The notes beneath the pieces are model-generated. The model was given only the letters and a program-made list of their open reading frames with translations. It did no database searches and had not been told where the DNA came from. Made by a program: the position numbers and the translations under genes. Below are positions 1 to 10,747 of a stretch of 61,880 nt of DNA, piece after piece. Within the stretch, counting starts at the first letter, position 1; each line of letters begins with the position of its first letter. This DNA comes from Pirellulaceae bacterium (GTDB taxonomy: Bacteria > Planctomycetota > Planctomycetia > Pirellulales > Pirellulaceae): contig JBGSKY010000299.1 in NCBI GenBank assembly GCA_041740995.1, positions 1 to 61,880 of the forward strand, read 5' to 3'.

Positions 1-110
1 ACGATTGATTACTATCGAGTCGAATACGACGTCGAGAGTGTTGCCAAGCAAATCATGGATATCCCCGAGCTTGATAATTTCTTAGGCGAGAGATTACTCG
101 AGGGTCGTTA
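1..110 (+). CDS. 3' end of an upstream CDS continuing off the window; frame 1 reads ...TIDYYRVEYDVESVAKQIMDIPELDNFLGERLLEGR*. Product unknown; an NrdR-like repressor is possible because nrdR-ribD synteny is common.
   Basis: Open frame from position 1 to a TAG stop at 108-110, immediately upstream of ribD. No recognisable motif in the 36 residues seen. Confidence 0.3.
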
Positions 111-194
111 GAATCCAAGCAAGATTGCTTCTTTTAATATGTTGCGGACTGTTTGCAATGCTGACTCGATTACCACTGCTATTGGATTGCAGCG

Positions 195-1322
195 ATGAGT
201 AATGCATCTGAGGCTGGCGTCCCGGCCGCTGATGTCGACGACCGATGGATGCTGGAAGCAATTAAACTGGCGGAAAAAGGACGTGGTTACGTCGAGCCAA
301 ATCCGATGGTCGGCTGTGTTATAGTCCGTAACGGAGCCATGATCTCTTCTGGCTATCACCAAGCGTTTGGGCAATCGCATGCTGAGATTAACGCTCTCAA
401 TAACTTGTCAGCCGATATCGTCCGTGATTCCACTTTGTATGTGACCTTAGAGCCTTGCAGTCACATCGGAAAAACTGGTCCTTGTGTCGACCGTCTCATT
501 GAACTCCGACCCAAACGCGTCTGCATTGGTTGCCTTGACCCCAATCCATTGGTTCATGGACGCGGTATCGCAAGACTTCGATCGGCAAATATTGATACTG
601 CCGTTGGCGTTGCGGCCGAACAATGTAACGACCTAATTGCGCCATTTCGCAAACTACTTACCACCGGGCAGCCTTACGTGATTGCCAAGTGGGCGATGAC
701 GCTTGATGGAAAGATCGCGAGCAGTTCAGGGCACTCAAAGTGGATTTCAAATGAACAATCATTGCAACGCGTGCATCAAATTCGAGGCCAGATGGACGCA
801 ATCGTCGTGGGATCACGAACCGTCGCGCTGGATAATCCAAGGCTAACAGCCCGCCCGCCAGGCCCGAGGACGCCAGTGCGAATTGTAATGGACAGCAACG
901 CAAAAACTTCTAGCGAGTGCTCTTTGGTTCAAACCGCTCGCGACATCCCGACGCTCATTGTCTGTCAGCGATCGGCGAAGAAATCAGCGGAGCGACTTTT
1001 GAAAGCAGGCTGCGAGTTGCTTCTGACTGATTCGCCGGATCGAGTTGGTCAAGCGCAAGAGTTGCTCGTCGAGCTAGGAAAACGCCAAATGACCAACGTG
1101 CTGCTTGAAGGTGGTGGTACAATGGTGGGAAGTTTTTTCGATCTGCAAGCGATCAATTATGTGCATGTTTTCATCGCACCAAAACTTGTGGGTGGTCTCG
1201 ATTCGCCTTCTCCGATCGCAGGTTCAGGGCGGCTGACGATTGATAATTCAATTCAACTTGATAGACCTCATTGGCAAGAAATAGGAAACGATTTTTATGT
1301 TCAGTCAAAGATTAGCTACTGA
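195..1322 (+). CDS. ribD: Bifunctional riboflavin biosynthesis protein RibD (pyrimidine deaminase / 5-amino-6-(5-phosphoribosylamino)uracil reductase)
   Basis: N-terminal CDA-fold zinc motifs HAEINAL and LEPCSHIGKTGPC. C-terminal RibD_C/DHFR-like reductase domain. 375 aa. Confidence 0.9.
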   Translation: MSNASEAGVPAADVDDRWMLEAIKLAEKGRGYVEPNPMVGCVIVRNGAMISSGYHQAFGQSHAEINALNNLSADIVRDSTLYVTLEPCSHIGKTGPCVDRLIELRPKRVCIGCLDPNPLVHGRGIARLRSANIDTAVGVAAEQCNDLIAPFRKLLTTGQPYVIAKWAMTLDGKIASSSGHSKWISNEQSLQRVHQIRGQMDAIVVGSRTVALDNPRLTARPPGPRTPVRIVMDSNAKTSSECSLVQTARDIPTLIVCQRSAKKSAERLLKAGCELLLTDSPDRVGQAQELLVELGKRQMTNVLLEGGGTMVGSFFDLQAINYVHVFIAPKLVGGLDSPSPIAGSGRLTIDNSIQLDRPHWQEIGNDFYVQSKISY

Positions 1323-2715
1323 CCCGAACAAAAGGCCTTTCACAACAGAAGTTGCCTTGCACTTTCGCAAGCTGGCTCTCACTGCATGCCTTAGCACCGG
1401 GGCGTTCTTACCACCATCGACGCTTTGTTCTCAGGATATAGCGATTGAGAATGTGAACAATGATGAAGCATTGATCAGTCAGTTGCCCGACGGCTTTGTT
1501 GCAATCTTCGATGGACGTTCGCTGGACGGCTGGCATGGTCGGCCTCAGATGAACCCTGCCGATTACGAAGCAGACTTTCCCAGCCAGAGTTCGAAGTGGA
1601 AAGACATCACGCTGGAACATTGGCATGTCGCGGATGAGGCTTTGGTCAACGATGGCGATGGACCATATCTAACTACCGATCGTCAATTCGAAGACTTCGA
1701 ACTGCTTCTGCAATACAAAACCGTTGCGGGCGCTGATAGCGGAATCTATTTGAGAGGCGTGCCACAAGTTCAAATCTGGGACTGGACCGATCCAAAATCA
1801 ATCAAACTGGGAGCTGATAAAGGTAGCGGTGGACTGTGGAACAATGCTCCGGATGCAAAAGGTAAAGATCCAATGGTTCTCGCTGATCGAAATTTTGGTG
1901 AGTGGAACCAATTTAGAATTCGATTGATTGGCGAGCGTTGCTGGGTTTGGCTCAATGGCAAAGCTGTCGTCGATGATGCGCCGTTGGCCAATTATTTCGA
2001 CCGCAAAGTCCCTCTGAACGCACGCGGTCCAATTCAATTGCAGACTCACGGCGGTGAAATTCAGTGGCGTTCAATTTTTATCAACGAGTTGGATGCCGCC
2101 GAAGCAAACGCAATCCTTCGAGAAGCTGATATGGGGCAAGCGAATTTGTACCACTTATTCGATGGCACGAATCTGCCTGGCTGGGCTGGTGCGACCGGAA
2201 ATTATGAAGCGGTGCTGCGATGTAAAGAAGGTCAGGGAGGAACTCTCTATAGCGAAAAAGAATTCGATGATTTTGATCTCTATACTGAGTTCCGATTACC
2301 AGCGGCTGGGAACAATGGCTTGGTTATCCGTTATCCGATCGACAGCAACGGCAGTGCAGATGGCGCTTACAAAGCAATGTGCGAGTTGCAAGTGCTCGAC
2401 GATAGCGACCCAAGCTATGCATCCTTAGACCCTCGGCAATCGCACGGGAGTGCCTACGGCATGGTCGCTGCAACGCGAGGATATTTGCGACCAGTTGGCA
2501 CCTGGAATTACCAGAAGGTTTCCGTCCGTGGGTCCAAGATTGTTGTCGAATTGAATGGGACAAAAATATTGGACGCTGATTTAGCGGGCGTCGATTCGTT
2601 TCTCGATGACAAACCGCATCCCGGTAAAGACCGAGTTAAGGGTGCGATTGGATTGGCTGGCCATAATGATCCAGTTGAGTTTCGACTGATTGCAGTTTCA
2701 AGCAACAGCCAGTGA
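1297..2715 (+). CDS. Secreted protein with two tandem DUF1080 (3-keto-disaccharide hydrolase / LamG-like) domains
   Basis: Signal-peptide-like N-terminus. Two repeats of the DUF1080 pattern: FDG.sLdGW ... W.v.d..L.ndG ... y.rG.pQvQIwD, and second copy LFDGTNLPGW ... GLAGHNDPVEFRLIAV. Typical planctomycete family. Confidence 0.8.
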   Translation: MFSQRLATDPNKRPFTTEVALHFRKLALTACLSTGAFLPPSTLCSQDIAIENVNNDEALISQLPDGFVAIFDGRSLDGWHGRPQMNPADYEADFPSQSSKWKDITLEHWHVADEALVNDGDGPYLTTDRQFEDFELLLQYKTVAGADSGIYLRGVPQVQIWDWTDPKSIKLGADKGSGGLWNNAPDAKGKDPMVLADRNFGEWNQFRIRLIGERCWVWLNGKAVVDDAPLANYFDRKVPLNARGPIQLQTHGGEIQWRSIFINELDAAEANAILREADMGQANLYHLFDGTNLPGWAGATGNYEAVLRCKEGQGGTLYSEKEFDDFDLYTEFRLPAAGNNGLVIRYPIDSNGSADGAYKAMCELQVLDDSDPSYASLDPRQSHGSAYGMVAATRGYLRPVGTWNYQKVSVRGSKIVVELNGTKILDADLAGVDSFLDDKPHPGKDRVKGAIGLAGHNDPVEFRLIAVSSNSQ

Positions 2716-3137
2716 TTTTTGACTTCGCGGTCTTTTGATCCCTACGAGCATCGTAAAACCAGTTACATGACGTTTGACCTAAATCGGCAATTTTCAGCCT
2801 AGGAATTTTCCTGAAATAATTGCTTTATTTTACGATTTGATAGCAGTCTAAGACTGCGATTTTAGGCTCAGAAAGATCCAACCGAGATCTTTCCCGCCGC
2901 GTTTTGCGTTCATCTTATCGGAGTAAATGTTCTTGGACGCTGCGAGCAAAATGATTCACCAAACGAGATGAATCCGGTGCGGGATTTTAGTGCCGCATTG
3001 TGTTGTCAGTTCAAGACGCTGATTTATCGATGAAAAATCGCATTGGTGGCCAAAGGCAGACTTAGGACAACAAACAATCTTGCTCGGGTTCAGATTGAAG
3101 CGTCGAGCAAATCGAAATCTTATTTCGTGCCAGTCGC

Positions 3138-4682
3138 TTAGGTACCAATAGGTTGCGTGGCAAAAACTGTTTCTGAGTTCAAGTTCGGCAACAATTCTTT
3201 GTCTAGAGCAGTTGCTCCGATGACAAGTTCGTGCTCGTGCACGATCGCGCCAATTTCAGACTGCAAGCATTCGACAAAGACCACCAACGATTCCAGTAAA
3301 TTACCACTGTCCGCGGCAGTCATCGGTCCAACGAATTCGATTCGGCCAACCGCCTTTTCACCAGTGAAAATTGGCATGACCATTTTCCAACGGGAAGATT
3401 CGTCTGGTGAGCGATCGCGGTTCCAGCAGGCGTGATATCCTTCGTGCAGCCACGGAACATTTAAATCAAGACATACCTTAGAAAGGTCATGCTTGTCGGC
3501 GAATTCGGCCATCGAATCCCAAACAGTTTCCCAGCACCGATCACCTTGCAAACGATATTGTCGTTTAGGCTGTTTCCCTTCGTCCTTGCGAAATTGCGGC
3601 AGCAGCGTGTTGCTGAAGTGGGCAACTCTGCCAGCCAACAAGCGAAGTTCTGCGTATCCAAAAAGGCGACTTGCAACCAAGCATCCCAAGACAACTAATA
3701 CTGCAATCAACGCAAGAAATTCGTTGTTCAAAGCAGCGGATAAAAAAGCACCAATCGCCAAAATACAGCTAAACAAACTGACAAGGACAACCAGACGGCT
3801 TTGTCCAAATCCTTTTGTCATTAAATTATGATGCAGGTGCCCTCGATCCGTGCTGAAAATGCTTCGCCCGGTTAACTTTCGACGGACGATTGCCATCGAA
3901 GAGTCAAAAAACGGCAATGCCAAGATCGCAACGGCACCAAGAATTGATACAGCCGTCGGCCCTTTCAGAGAGGTGCGAATAGCCAAGGCCCCCAAAATCA
4001 AACCAACTAACATCGAGCCTGAGTCACCCAGAAAAACCTTGGCTGGCGGAAAATTGAAGACCAAAAAACCTAGCAAGGAGCCGGCAATACTGGCGGCAAA
4101 CGTCGCTTCCAACCAATGGCCTTGCAAAGTGGCCATGGCGGAAAAACCGGCGCTTGCGATCCACCCCACACTACAACACAACCCGTCCGCGCCATCGATC
4201 AAATTGATTGAGTTGATTGTCAACAAAAGCCAGCCAATCGAAATCGGGATAACGAGATAGCCGAGCGGAATTGCTGCTCCGAATGCAGAGACAGTGTCAA
4301 TTTGGTATCCAGCCACTACCAAAACCGTTGTGATCAGAAGCTGGCCGATCAATTTCTGACGCCCGCGAATACCAAACCGATCGTCCAAAATACCTAAAAG
4401 AACTATCGCAAAGCACCCAAACATCAGCGCGGCTAGAGGAACAATTCGGGTCAGCGCCGCTTCCCAGATCGTGGTAACAAAGCAGCCAGCGATGCAAACA
4501 GCCAGTAATGTCGACAGTAAAACAACCGGTCCGCCGCACAATGCAACTGGCTCGCGGTGTAGTTTTCGGTGCGTATCTGGCGAATCGACCAAACCAAATT
4601 GAAGCGACAATCGGCGGCAAATCGGAGTCAAAAGAATGGCTGTGCTGAAAGATCCGAGCAGCGCCAGCAATTGAACAACCAT
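3138..4682 (-). CDS. Glycosyltransferase family 4 polyprenyl-phosphate hexose/HexNAc-1-phosphate transferase (MraY/WecA family) with a ~170-aa C-terminal cytoplasmic extension
   Basis: About 10 TM helices. Conserved MraY/WecA motifs: DDRFGIRGRQKLIGQLL, NSINLIDGADGL, VFLGDSGSMLVG. The C-terminal ~170 aa (cysteine-rich, ...CLDLNVPWLHEGYHACW...) has no match I recognise. Confidence 0.8.
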   Translation of the reverse strand: MVVQLLALLGSFSTAILLTPICRRLSLQFGLVDSPDTHRKLHREPVALCGGPVVLLSTLLAVCIAGCFVTTIWEAALTRIVPLAALMFGCFAIVLLGILDDRFGIRGRQKLIGQLLITTVLVVAGYQIDTVSAFGAAIPLGYLVIPISIGWLLLTINSINLIDGADGLCCSVGWIASAGFSAMATLQGHWLEATFAASIAGSLLGFLVFNFPPAKVFLGDSGSMLVGLILGALAIRTSLKGPTAVSILGAVAILALPFFDSSMAIVRRKLTGRSIFSTDRGHLHHNLMTKGFGQSRLVVLVSLFSCILAIGAFLSAALNNEFLALIAVLVVLGCLVASRLFGYAELRLLAGRVAHFSNTLLPQFRKDEGKQPKRQYRLQGDRCWETVWDSMAEFADKHDLSKVCLDLNVPWLHEGYHACWNRDRSPDESSRWKMVMPIFTGEKAVGRIEFVGPMTAADSGNLLESLVVFVECLQSEIGAIVHEHELVIGATALDKELLPNLNSETVFATQPIGT

Positions 4683-4923
4683 ATATTACCAAGCTCCCAA
4701 GTCGATCTATGACGAATATCCTTCAAAGGAACGCTCCCGACGGAGTCGCGTCATCGCCTCACCAATCCTTCAATAACGCAATTTTGATTCAGATGCGACA
4801 AATGGTAAAGCCAAGAAGCTGCGAAAATCATGTTAATACTGAAGTATGAAGCCGCACAATCGACAGCAAGGGAGCCGAATTGTCCCTTGTGGCTGGCTGC
4901 GTTGGCCACAAAAGCCAGAAGTG

Positions 4924-7458
4924 CTAGAGCTGCTGTTCAAAAATTGGATCAGCATCGTCGTCAAATTGGTCGAAACCCTCCGGCGGAAGCCTCTCGTCGC
5001 CCTTTATTCGCGAGTAATCGCGATCGTAAATCGGCAAGCAAACGATCGTTTGATCGGTAATCTGAGGCGCCGCTGGGCTGACTTCAAATTTGGAAAGTGG
5101 CTGATTTGTCCAAGCTAGGACTAGCCCCGTTTGATTGGGAAATTTCGGCCCGGCAACCAGTGCCATGAAAATTCCCCTTAGATTCTGTGGGGTTTCCGCT
5201 GGGGCAGCTTGCTTTATCGAGTCCGACGTATCTAATAGCGCGGGATCTGAAGCATAAAGTCGGGATATCAAGTCGATCGAAGAGACATTCTCAAGTCCAT
5301 CGAGCGATGAGCTCATTTGAGGCAGCAGATCGCCTATCCAGTTGATCTGTTTTTCCTCCGAATCGAAACTTACGAAGACAACACTGTAGAGTGGGATCAT
5401 AGTTTCATTTTCTAGAGTCCGCGTTCCATTATTTTCGACCGTGACTTTTAAACGGCCATCCAGTCCGACCATCTCTTCGGACTGCAAGATTGTCGCAGTA
5501 TGTGATCGAATTGGCATACGTCTCAAACCACTACCTTGATCATCAAAGTTCCGATACTCAACGCTCGCCGTCGAGATCGGTCGGCTGCGATTGTCTGTCA
5601 CCGGAATGACAACGCCACCCTGCACCGCGTGTGAAACTGAGAATAGTGTTGAGAGCGACGTGTAGAGCGAGGTATACCGCGTTAGCAGTGCTCTATCGTA
5701 ATTTGCTTGAAGGTGCAGTAATCCAATTGCATTTTGGCTGCGCGCGAATCCAATCTGGATCTGAAGTTTTTTTGCAATCGCTATCGAGGCGCCGACGGCA
5801 ATCAAGGGAATCATAAACCAGGCCCATTCGATTCGATTGAAAATTCGAAAGACAAACCAATTGAGCGGCACGAGAGCGACCAAGTAAACGCACAGCAGCT
5901 TAAAAAGATAAGCGATTGGCGGTAAGCGAATTCCGGAGCTTGTTTTAATTTCGCTGACAGCTAGTGAAGCGAATGGCGAGCTGTTCTGCCAGCTCGCATC
6001 GCCGCTAGATTGTGTACGAACTTTGCGTTCAATTGGAATTTCTTCCGTGGGCGCAATATCAACCCGATCCGCTGGCCGACTTGTTAAAGGAGTTTGTCGA
6101 GTGACTAATTGAAGCCCGCTGTAGGTGGACAACATCTGTTCTTGGTTGATGTTGGACTCACCAAAACGATAACAGAGTTCGTTATCATTGTTCCAAGTTC
6201 GTGACGGTAGTCTCAGAACATAGTTATGTAAAAAGCTTCCGTAGCTTGGCCATCTTTCTAACAGCGGGTTATTCATGTCAAAGCAAGACATGCATACTCG
6301 CCCTGCTCCGACGCGACGTTCTGCCAAAAGTCCTTCGCAACCATCAACCCAGCGAGCGTCCTGGGCCAACGTGCCCGAACAAAGATTCGCGGACAACGCT
6401 GAATCGCTCAACGAAGCCGGCAGTGAAATCTTGGGTTTGGAATTTCGTGTTTCGATGCCGTCTTCGGCCTGGTCGTTACTGGTCAACGGTACGGCTCGAA
6501 TATCTGCCGCGAATGGCAACGTGAATCGATTTAGCTGCTGCGTTAACTCTTTCGCGACTTCTTGGTTGCTGCGAAGATTTCTAAGCGGCAACTCATCGGC
6601 AATGTTGCTATTCGCCAAACCTGTAAGCGAACCTGGTCCATTGACAATCAGTAACCCACCATAGTTCAACCAATCGAGCAAAGCGATTTGCTGTTCTCGT
6701 GTAATCGACTCAGCAGAAATGTCGTTCCAATAGACGACCGATGTGGTCAGCCAGCCGTAAAACTGCGAAGGTAAATTAGCAGCAGCATCATTTTCTCGTA
6801 TCAATACAGCTTGAAAAGGCCTAACCGACGCCAGCGACATCTCGTTTGAAGGCCAGCGAATGCATGATGATCGTTGCCAGAAGAGTTGCGATTCTAGCTG
6901 GCTCGAAAGCACGACAAAATTGGTCTGGTAGTCCTGCAGCAATTCAATCTTCGACGGTATCTGGCGGAGTATACCGCCGAAAGTGCGGTCCGAAATTTCA
7001 ATCTCAGCACTGATTGCCGCCTTGTGCTGTAGCGAGTCAAATTCGTTTCGTTGTTCAAAAGATGTTGGAACATAAATGGTCTGTTCAATGTTCTTGCTTT
7101 GCCCGGTCGCCAAACGAACGCTTCTCAAGAATTCGGCAGTCGACGGTCCGTCATACCGACCATTGGAAATGCCCATGTTAGTCTTATATCGAACATCCAA
7201 ATTCTCGCTTCCGTCGTTGGCTTTAATTGTCTGACGCGTTTGAAGCCAAAAATCAGGCTTAGCGAATGACTTTTCGTCGAGGCTTGAGACCGGCAAGACG
7301 TGAAGCTGCCCGACTTCAACACGGTCAATATCGGCTGACTGTTTCGCAACTTGATTTCGGCAACCAGCGGTCGCTGCGAACCCGCACGAAAGGATAACAA
7401 CTAGAAGCGACTTGCAGACGGAAGTGACGGCATTCATCGTTTGCAACGCGATTAACAA
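4924..7458 (-). CDS. Large hypothetical lipoprotein/membrane protein (844 aa)
   Basis: Long ORF. N-terminus MNAVTSVCKSLLVVILSCGFAATAGC looks like a lipoprotein signal with lipobox-like AGC (alternative start about 7437). Two adjacent predicted TM helices in mid-protein (LLCVYLVALVPLNWFVF / FMIPLIAVGASIAIA). No family recognised. Confidence 0.55.
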   Translation of the reverse strand: MLIALQTMNAVTSVCKSLLVVILSCGFAATAGCRNQVAKQSADIDRVEVGQLHVLPVSSLDEKSFAKPDFWLQTRQTIKANDGSENLDVRYKTNMGISNGRYDGPSTAEFLRSVRLATGQSKNIEQTIYVPTSFEQRNEFDSLQHKAAISAEIEISDRTFGGILRQIPSKIELLQDYQTNFVVLSSQLESQLFWQRSSCIRWPSNEMSLASVRPFQAVLIRENDAAANLPSQFYGWLTTSVVYWNDISAESITREQQIALLDWLNYGGLLIVNGPGSLTGLANSNIADELPLRNLRSNQEVAKELTQQLNRFTLPFAADIRAVPLTSNDQAEDGIETRNSKPKISLPASLSDSALSANLCSGTLAQDARWVDGCEGLLAERRVGAGRVCMSCFDMNNPLLERWPSYGSFLHNYVLRLPSRTWNNDNELCYRFGESNINQEQMLSTYSGLQLVTRQTPLTSRPADRVDIAPTEEIPIERKVRTQSSGDASWQNSSPFASLAVSEIKTSSGIRLPPIAYLFKLLCVYLVALVPLNWFVFRIFNRIEWAWFMIPLIAVGASIAIAKKLQIQIGFARSQNAIGLLHLQANYDRALLTRYTSLYTSLSTLFSVSHAVQGGVVIPVTDNRSRPISTASVEYRNFDDQGSGLRRMPIRSHTATILQSEEMVGLDGRLKVTVENNGTRTLENETMIPLYSVVFVSFDSEEKQINWIGDLLPQMSSSLDGLENVSSIDLISRLYASDPALLDTSDSIKQAAPAETPQNLRGIFMALVAGPKFPNQTGLVLAWTNQPLSKFEVSPAAPQITDQTIVCLPIYDRDYSRIKGDERLPPEGFDQFDDDADPIFEQQL

Positions 7459-7666
7459 AAGGTTTTAACGTGAGGCTTCATTTTCACGACATAAAGCCAG
7501 TTCAAGCAAGTCTCTAAAATCAGACTTGATTCTAGCACTACTTCCCGTTCCTCGCCGAAGAACCGACCATTTGATTTGGCAATTCATTGACGTTCTATTA
7601 CAGACTGTTACAGAAGAAACGGACCAGTGCGCAATCGGGGATTCGCGGCGAACTATTTTTGGGATC

Positions 7667-8596
7667 TTAGAACCATTTGTAGCCTCGATTGGCAAGGAAC
7701 CAACCCAAGAATACAAAAAGCAGAACTGTCCAAATCAGATGAATTGTTGCACCACTCCCAATTCGTTTTCGATTGGTAAATGCGAAAAAGTGCGAGTAGA
7801 AAGGAATGAAAAATGTCAGCAGCCCATTTCCAACGCTGGTTTTGAATGCGGCAACCAGCATCGCAAGATAAGACATGAAAAACACCATCCCGCTGACGAG
7901 AATTCCAACAAAGGGCAGCAAGGTCACCACTGGCATTTTTTGCATCGCGTAAATCACGGTCCCTTCCGGCGCATAATCGTCCGAGGCCGTTGCAGAGACT
8001 TTCGAAACACCTGCCAAAATCACAATGATCAGACCCAGCAAAATCGCCAGGGTTACCCACCAAGGGGCGCCAACGAATCTCAATCGAGCCTCGGTTTCAG
8101 CATCGCGTTTGAGGCTTATTGACGCTTGGTGCAGTCTTTCGTCCTCAAAGTTTTCCTCTAGTTTTTGAGAAACAACACCCGCCAATTTTTCTCCTCGCGC
8201 CAGGTGAAAACCGCATTCGATACAAACAGCTACGCCGGGTTGAAGTGGCTTATCGCAACTAGGACATCGCATGCCGCGAGATTGTCCGATCCCAGCATCG
8301 GCGAACAATTTGTCCAGACCGCTATTACTCGCTGCGGCCGTCGGCTTTGGCGTTCCCGATGGCTTGCTAGTTGTTCCGACTGTTGCATCAACTTGGCCGC
8401 TAGGAACCTTAATCGAGGCCTGACATTTTGGACATTTGCCTGTTTTCCCCGCAGCAGCGTCTGGCGCCGTTGACTTGTAACCGCATTGGCATTGAATTGG
8501 TATCGGCATCGAAATTCTTTTGCTTGGACAGTCGGAAGTGTCGTCTTGCCTGATGAAAATATCGCAGTCGGTTTCGCTCTGATCCCGCGACTTCAA
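7667..8596 (-). CDS. Hypothetical membrane protein with N-terminal double zinc-ribbon (CxxC x4) and C-terminal 4-TM domain
   Basis: CQCGYK...CPKCQ and CPSCDK...CIECG motif pairs, followed by four hydrophobic helices. 309 aa. Confidence 0.55.
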   Translation of the reverse strand: MKSRDQSETDCDIFIRQDDTSDCPSKRISMPIPIQCQCGYKSTAPDAAAGKTGKCPKCQASIKVPSGQVDATVGTTSKPSGTPKPTAAASNSGLDKLFADAGIGQSRGMRCPSCDKPLQPGVAVCIECGFHLARGEKLAGVVSQKLEENFEDERLHQASISLKRDAETEARLRFVGAPWWVTLAILLGLIIVILAGVSKVSATASDDYAPEGTVIYAMQKMPVVTLLPFVGILVSGMVFFMSYLAMLVAAFKTSVGNGLLTFFIPFYSHFFAFTNRKRIGSGATIHLIWTVLLFVFLGWFLANRGYKWF

Positions 8597-8653
8597 ATTT
8601 TAGTCGCTCGGAGTACGAAGTGTACCGAATTTCGCTCGCTGTGAGCAAACGGC

Positions 8654-10747
8654 TTACATCGCGAATGCATCCACATCTTGTTGCGGAGCAGCTTGGTATC
8701 CATATGGCTCCATCGAGCACGAGGCTCGCCCCTGGCTGAGCGATCGAATGGCGCTGGAGTAGCCGAACAACTCTTTCAGTGGAGCATGAGCCACGATCAT
8801 CGTCGCAGCGCCACGATTTTCCGTCTTCTCAATCATCGCACGTCGCTGCTGCAGGTCGCCAACGATTTCGCCCATGTAATCGTCAGGCGTCATAATTTCA
8901 AGCCGCATCACCGGTTCCAAAAGCGATGATTGCCCCTGCTCCAAGCCCTCGTTGAATCCATCATTGGCTGCGATTCGAAAAGCGACTTCGTCGGAGCCCG
9001 TTTCCGCCACTTCGGAGCCAAGAATGTTGATTCGAATTCCAGTCAATGGAAACGAGCCTATATTGCCGCCGCCGTCCGCACGATTTCGCAGCTCGTCCAA
9101 GACTGCTTGCCGCAGGGAATCAGGCAGCATGAGCTCCGGCGGCGTTCGATCAATGACAATGATCGCTTGAGAAGGATCTTCGAGCGGTTCAAATTTTAAC
9201 TTCAGTCGGGCAAACATCTGATTGCCAGCAACCATTCGGTTGCATTGGCCAGTGACTTCGACCGTGTGCTGAATTGTCTCCCGATAGCTTACGCGTGGTT
9301 TATAGAATTTGACATTCAAACCAAAGTCGCGGACCAATCGGTTTTTGATAACTTCTAAGTGCAACTCGCCCATACCACTGATCAGCGTCTGGCCCGACTC
9401 CGCATTTTCGAGCGCCCGAAAGGTTGGATCCTGAAGCTTCAACATATCCAGTACTTCGGCAAGCTTCTTGCGATCAGTAGTGTTTTCCGGTTCGATCGCC
9501 ATTGAGATTACCGCTTGCGCAAACTGAATCGACGGCAACTCAATTGGCTGGCGCGTATCGCAAAGCGTGTCACCCGTAATCGAATCACGAGGGCCAATCG
9601 CACATGCGATGTCGCCCGCGTAGAGCGTTTGGACTTGACCCTGCCGCTCCTTTTTCGTTGCGTGAATCTGCCAAAGCTGAGCCACGTTTTCTTTTTTGTC
9701 GCGATTGGGGTTGTACAGTCGGCTATTTGAATCAAGCGTTCCTGAGTACATGCGGATCCAATAGAGGTCTCCCGTTTTGGCTGGCAAAATTTTAAAAACC
9801 AAAGCGCAAACGGGCTCGTCAATGTCGGGCTTTCGACTAAGAACTTTGTCGCGTTTTTTCGGATCGACGCCTTCGACCGCTGGGCGGTCGATCGGATTGG
9901 GGAGGAAACGATTGACGCCATCGAGCAACGGCTGCAAGCCCGCTCCGTGCAAAGCAGAACCGCAAAGCACCGGTTGGATTTTCATAGCGATCGTCGCGTC
10001 TCGCAGCGCTTTGTATATCGCCTCCGGTTCAATGGCTTGTTCTTCCATTGCAAGCGTCATCAAAGCTTCGTCATGAAGATAAAGCTTTTCTAGCATCTCA
10101 GAGCGCCAGACTTCCGCATCCTCACGAACTTCTTCAGGAATATCATGGGTGTATATCGTCTTGCCTTTATCCTCAGCATTGAAGGTTAGATATTTCATCT
10201 CAACCAAGTCAACGATTCCAGTGAACGGCTTACTCGTGTGCGCAGGCCCGCTGCCAACGGGTATTTGAATCGGCAGTGGATCAGCGGCCAAACGAGGACC
10301 GATCTCCTCTAGAACACGGTAGAAGTCGGCACCTTCGCGATCAAGCTTATTGATGAAGACGATTCTTGGCACGCGATACTTGTTGGCTTGCCGCCAAACC
10401 GTTTCGCTTTGCGCTTCAACACCTTCGCGAGCGCTAAACACAACGACGGCACCGTCGAGTACTCTCAAGCAGCGTTCGACTTCAGCAGTAAAATCTACGT
10501 GCCCCGGCGTATCGAGCAAGTTGACTTGGCAATCCTTCCATCGAAAGGTCACGCAAGCCGAAAAAATCGTAATGCCACGTTGCTGTTCCTCTGGATCATC
10601 GTCCGTTTCGGTCGTGCCTGAATCAACTGCTCCGGCGCGATGTTTGGTACCGCTCATATACAACATCTGTTCGGTCACGGTGGTTTTGCCAGCGTCGATG
10701 TGTGCGATAATTCCGATATTTCTTAACGACTTTAAGTCTCTGGCCAT
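8654..10747 (-). CDS. fusA: Translation elongation factor G (standalone paralog, not in the str operon)
   Basis: Start MARDLKSLRNIGIIAHIDAGKTT (G1 motif). DTPGHVDF (G3) and NKLDR (G4). EF-G domains II-V. The ORF-track start at 10801 is probably too far upstream, so the ATG at 10745-10747 is used. Confidence 0.92.
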   Translation of the reverse strand: MARDLKSLRNIGIIAHIDAGKTTVTEQMLYMSGTKHRAGAVDSGTTETDDDPEEQQRGITIFSACVTFRWKDCQVNLLDTPGHVDFTAEVERCLRVLDGAVVVFSAREGVEAQSETVWRQANKYRVPRIVFINKLDREGADFYRVLEEIGPRLAADPLPIQIPVGSGPAHTSKPFTGIVDLVEMKYLTFNAEDKGKTIYTHDIPEEVREDAEVWRSEMLEKLYLHDEALMTLAMEEQAIEPEAIYKALRDATIAMKIQPVLCGSALHGAGLQPLLDGVNRFLPNPIDRPAVEGVDPKKRDKVLSRKPDIDEPVCALVFKILPAKTGDLYWIRMYSGTLDSNSRLYNPNRDKKENVAQLWQIHATKKERQGQVQTLYAGDIACAIGPRDSITGDTLCDTRQPIELPSIQFAQAVISMAIEPENTTDRKKLAEVLDMLKLQDPTFRALENAESGQTLISGMGELHLEVIKNRLVRDFGLNVKFYKPRVSYRETIQHTVEVTGQCNRMVAGNQMFARLKLKFEPLEDPSQAIIVIDRTPPELMLPDSLRQAVLDELRNRADGGGNIGSFPLTGIRINILGSEVAETGSDEVAFRIAANDGFNEGLEQGQSSLLEPVMRLEIMTPDDYMGEIVGDLQQRRAMIEKTENRGAATMIVAHAPLKELFGYSSAIRSLSQGRASCSMEPYGYQAAPQQDVDAFAM

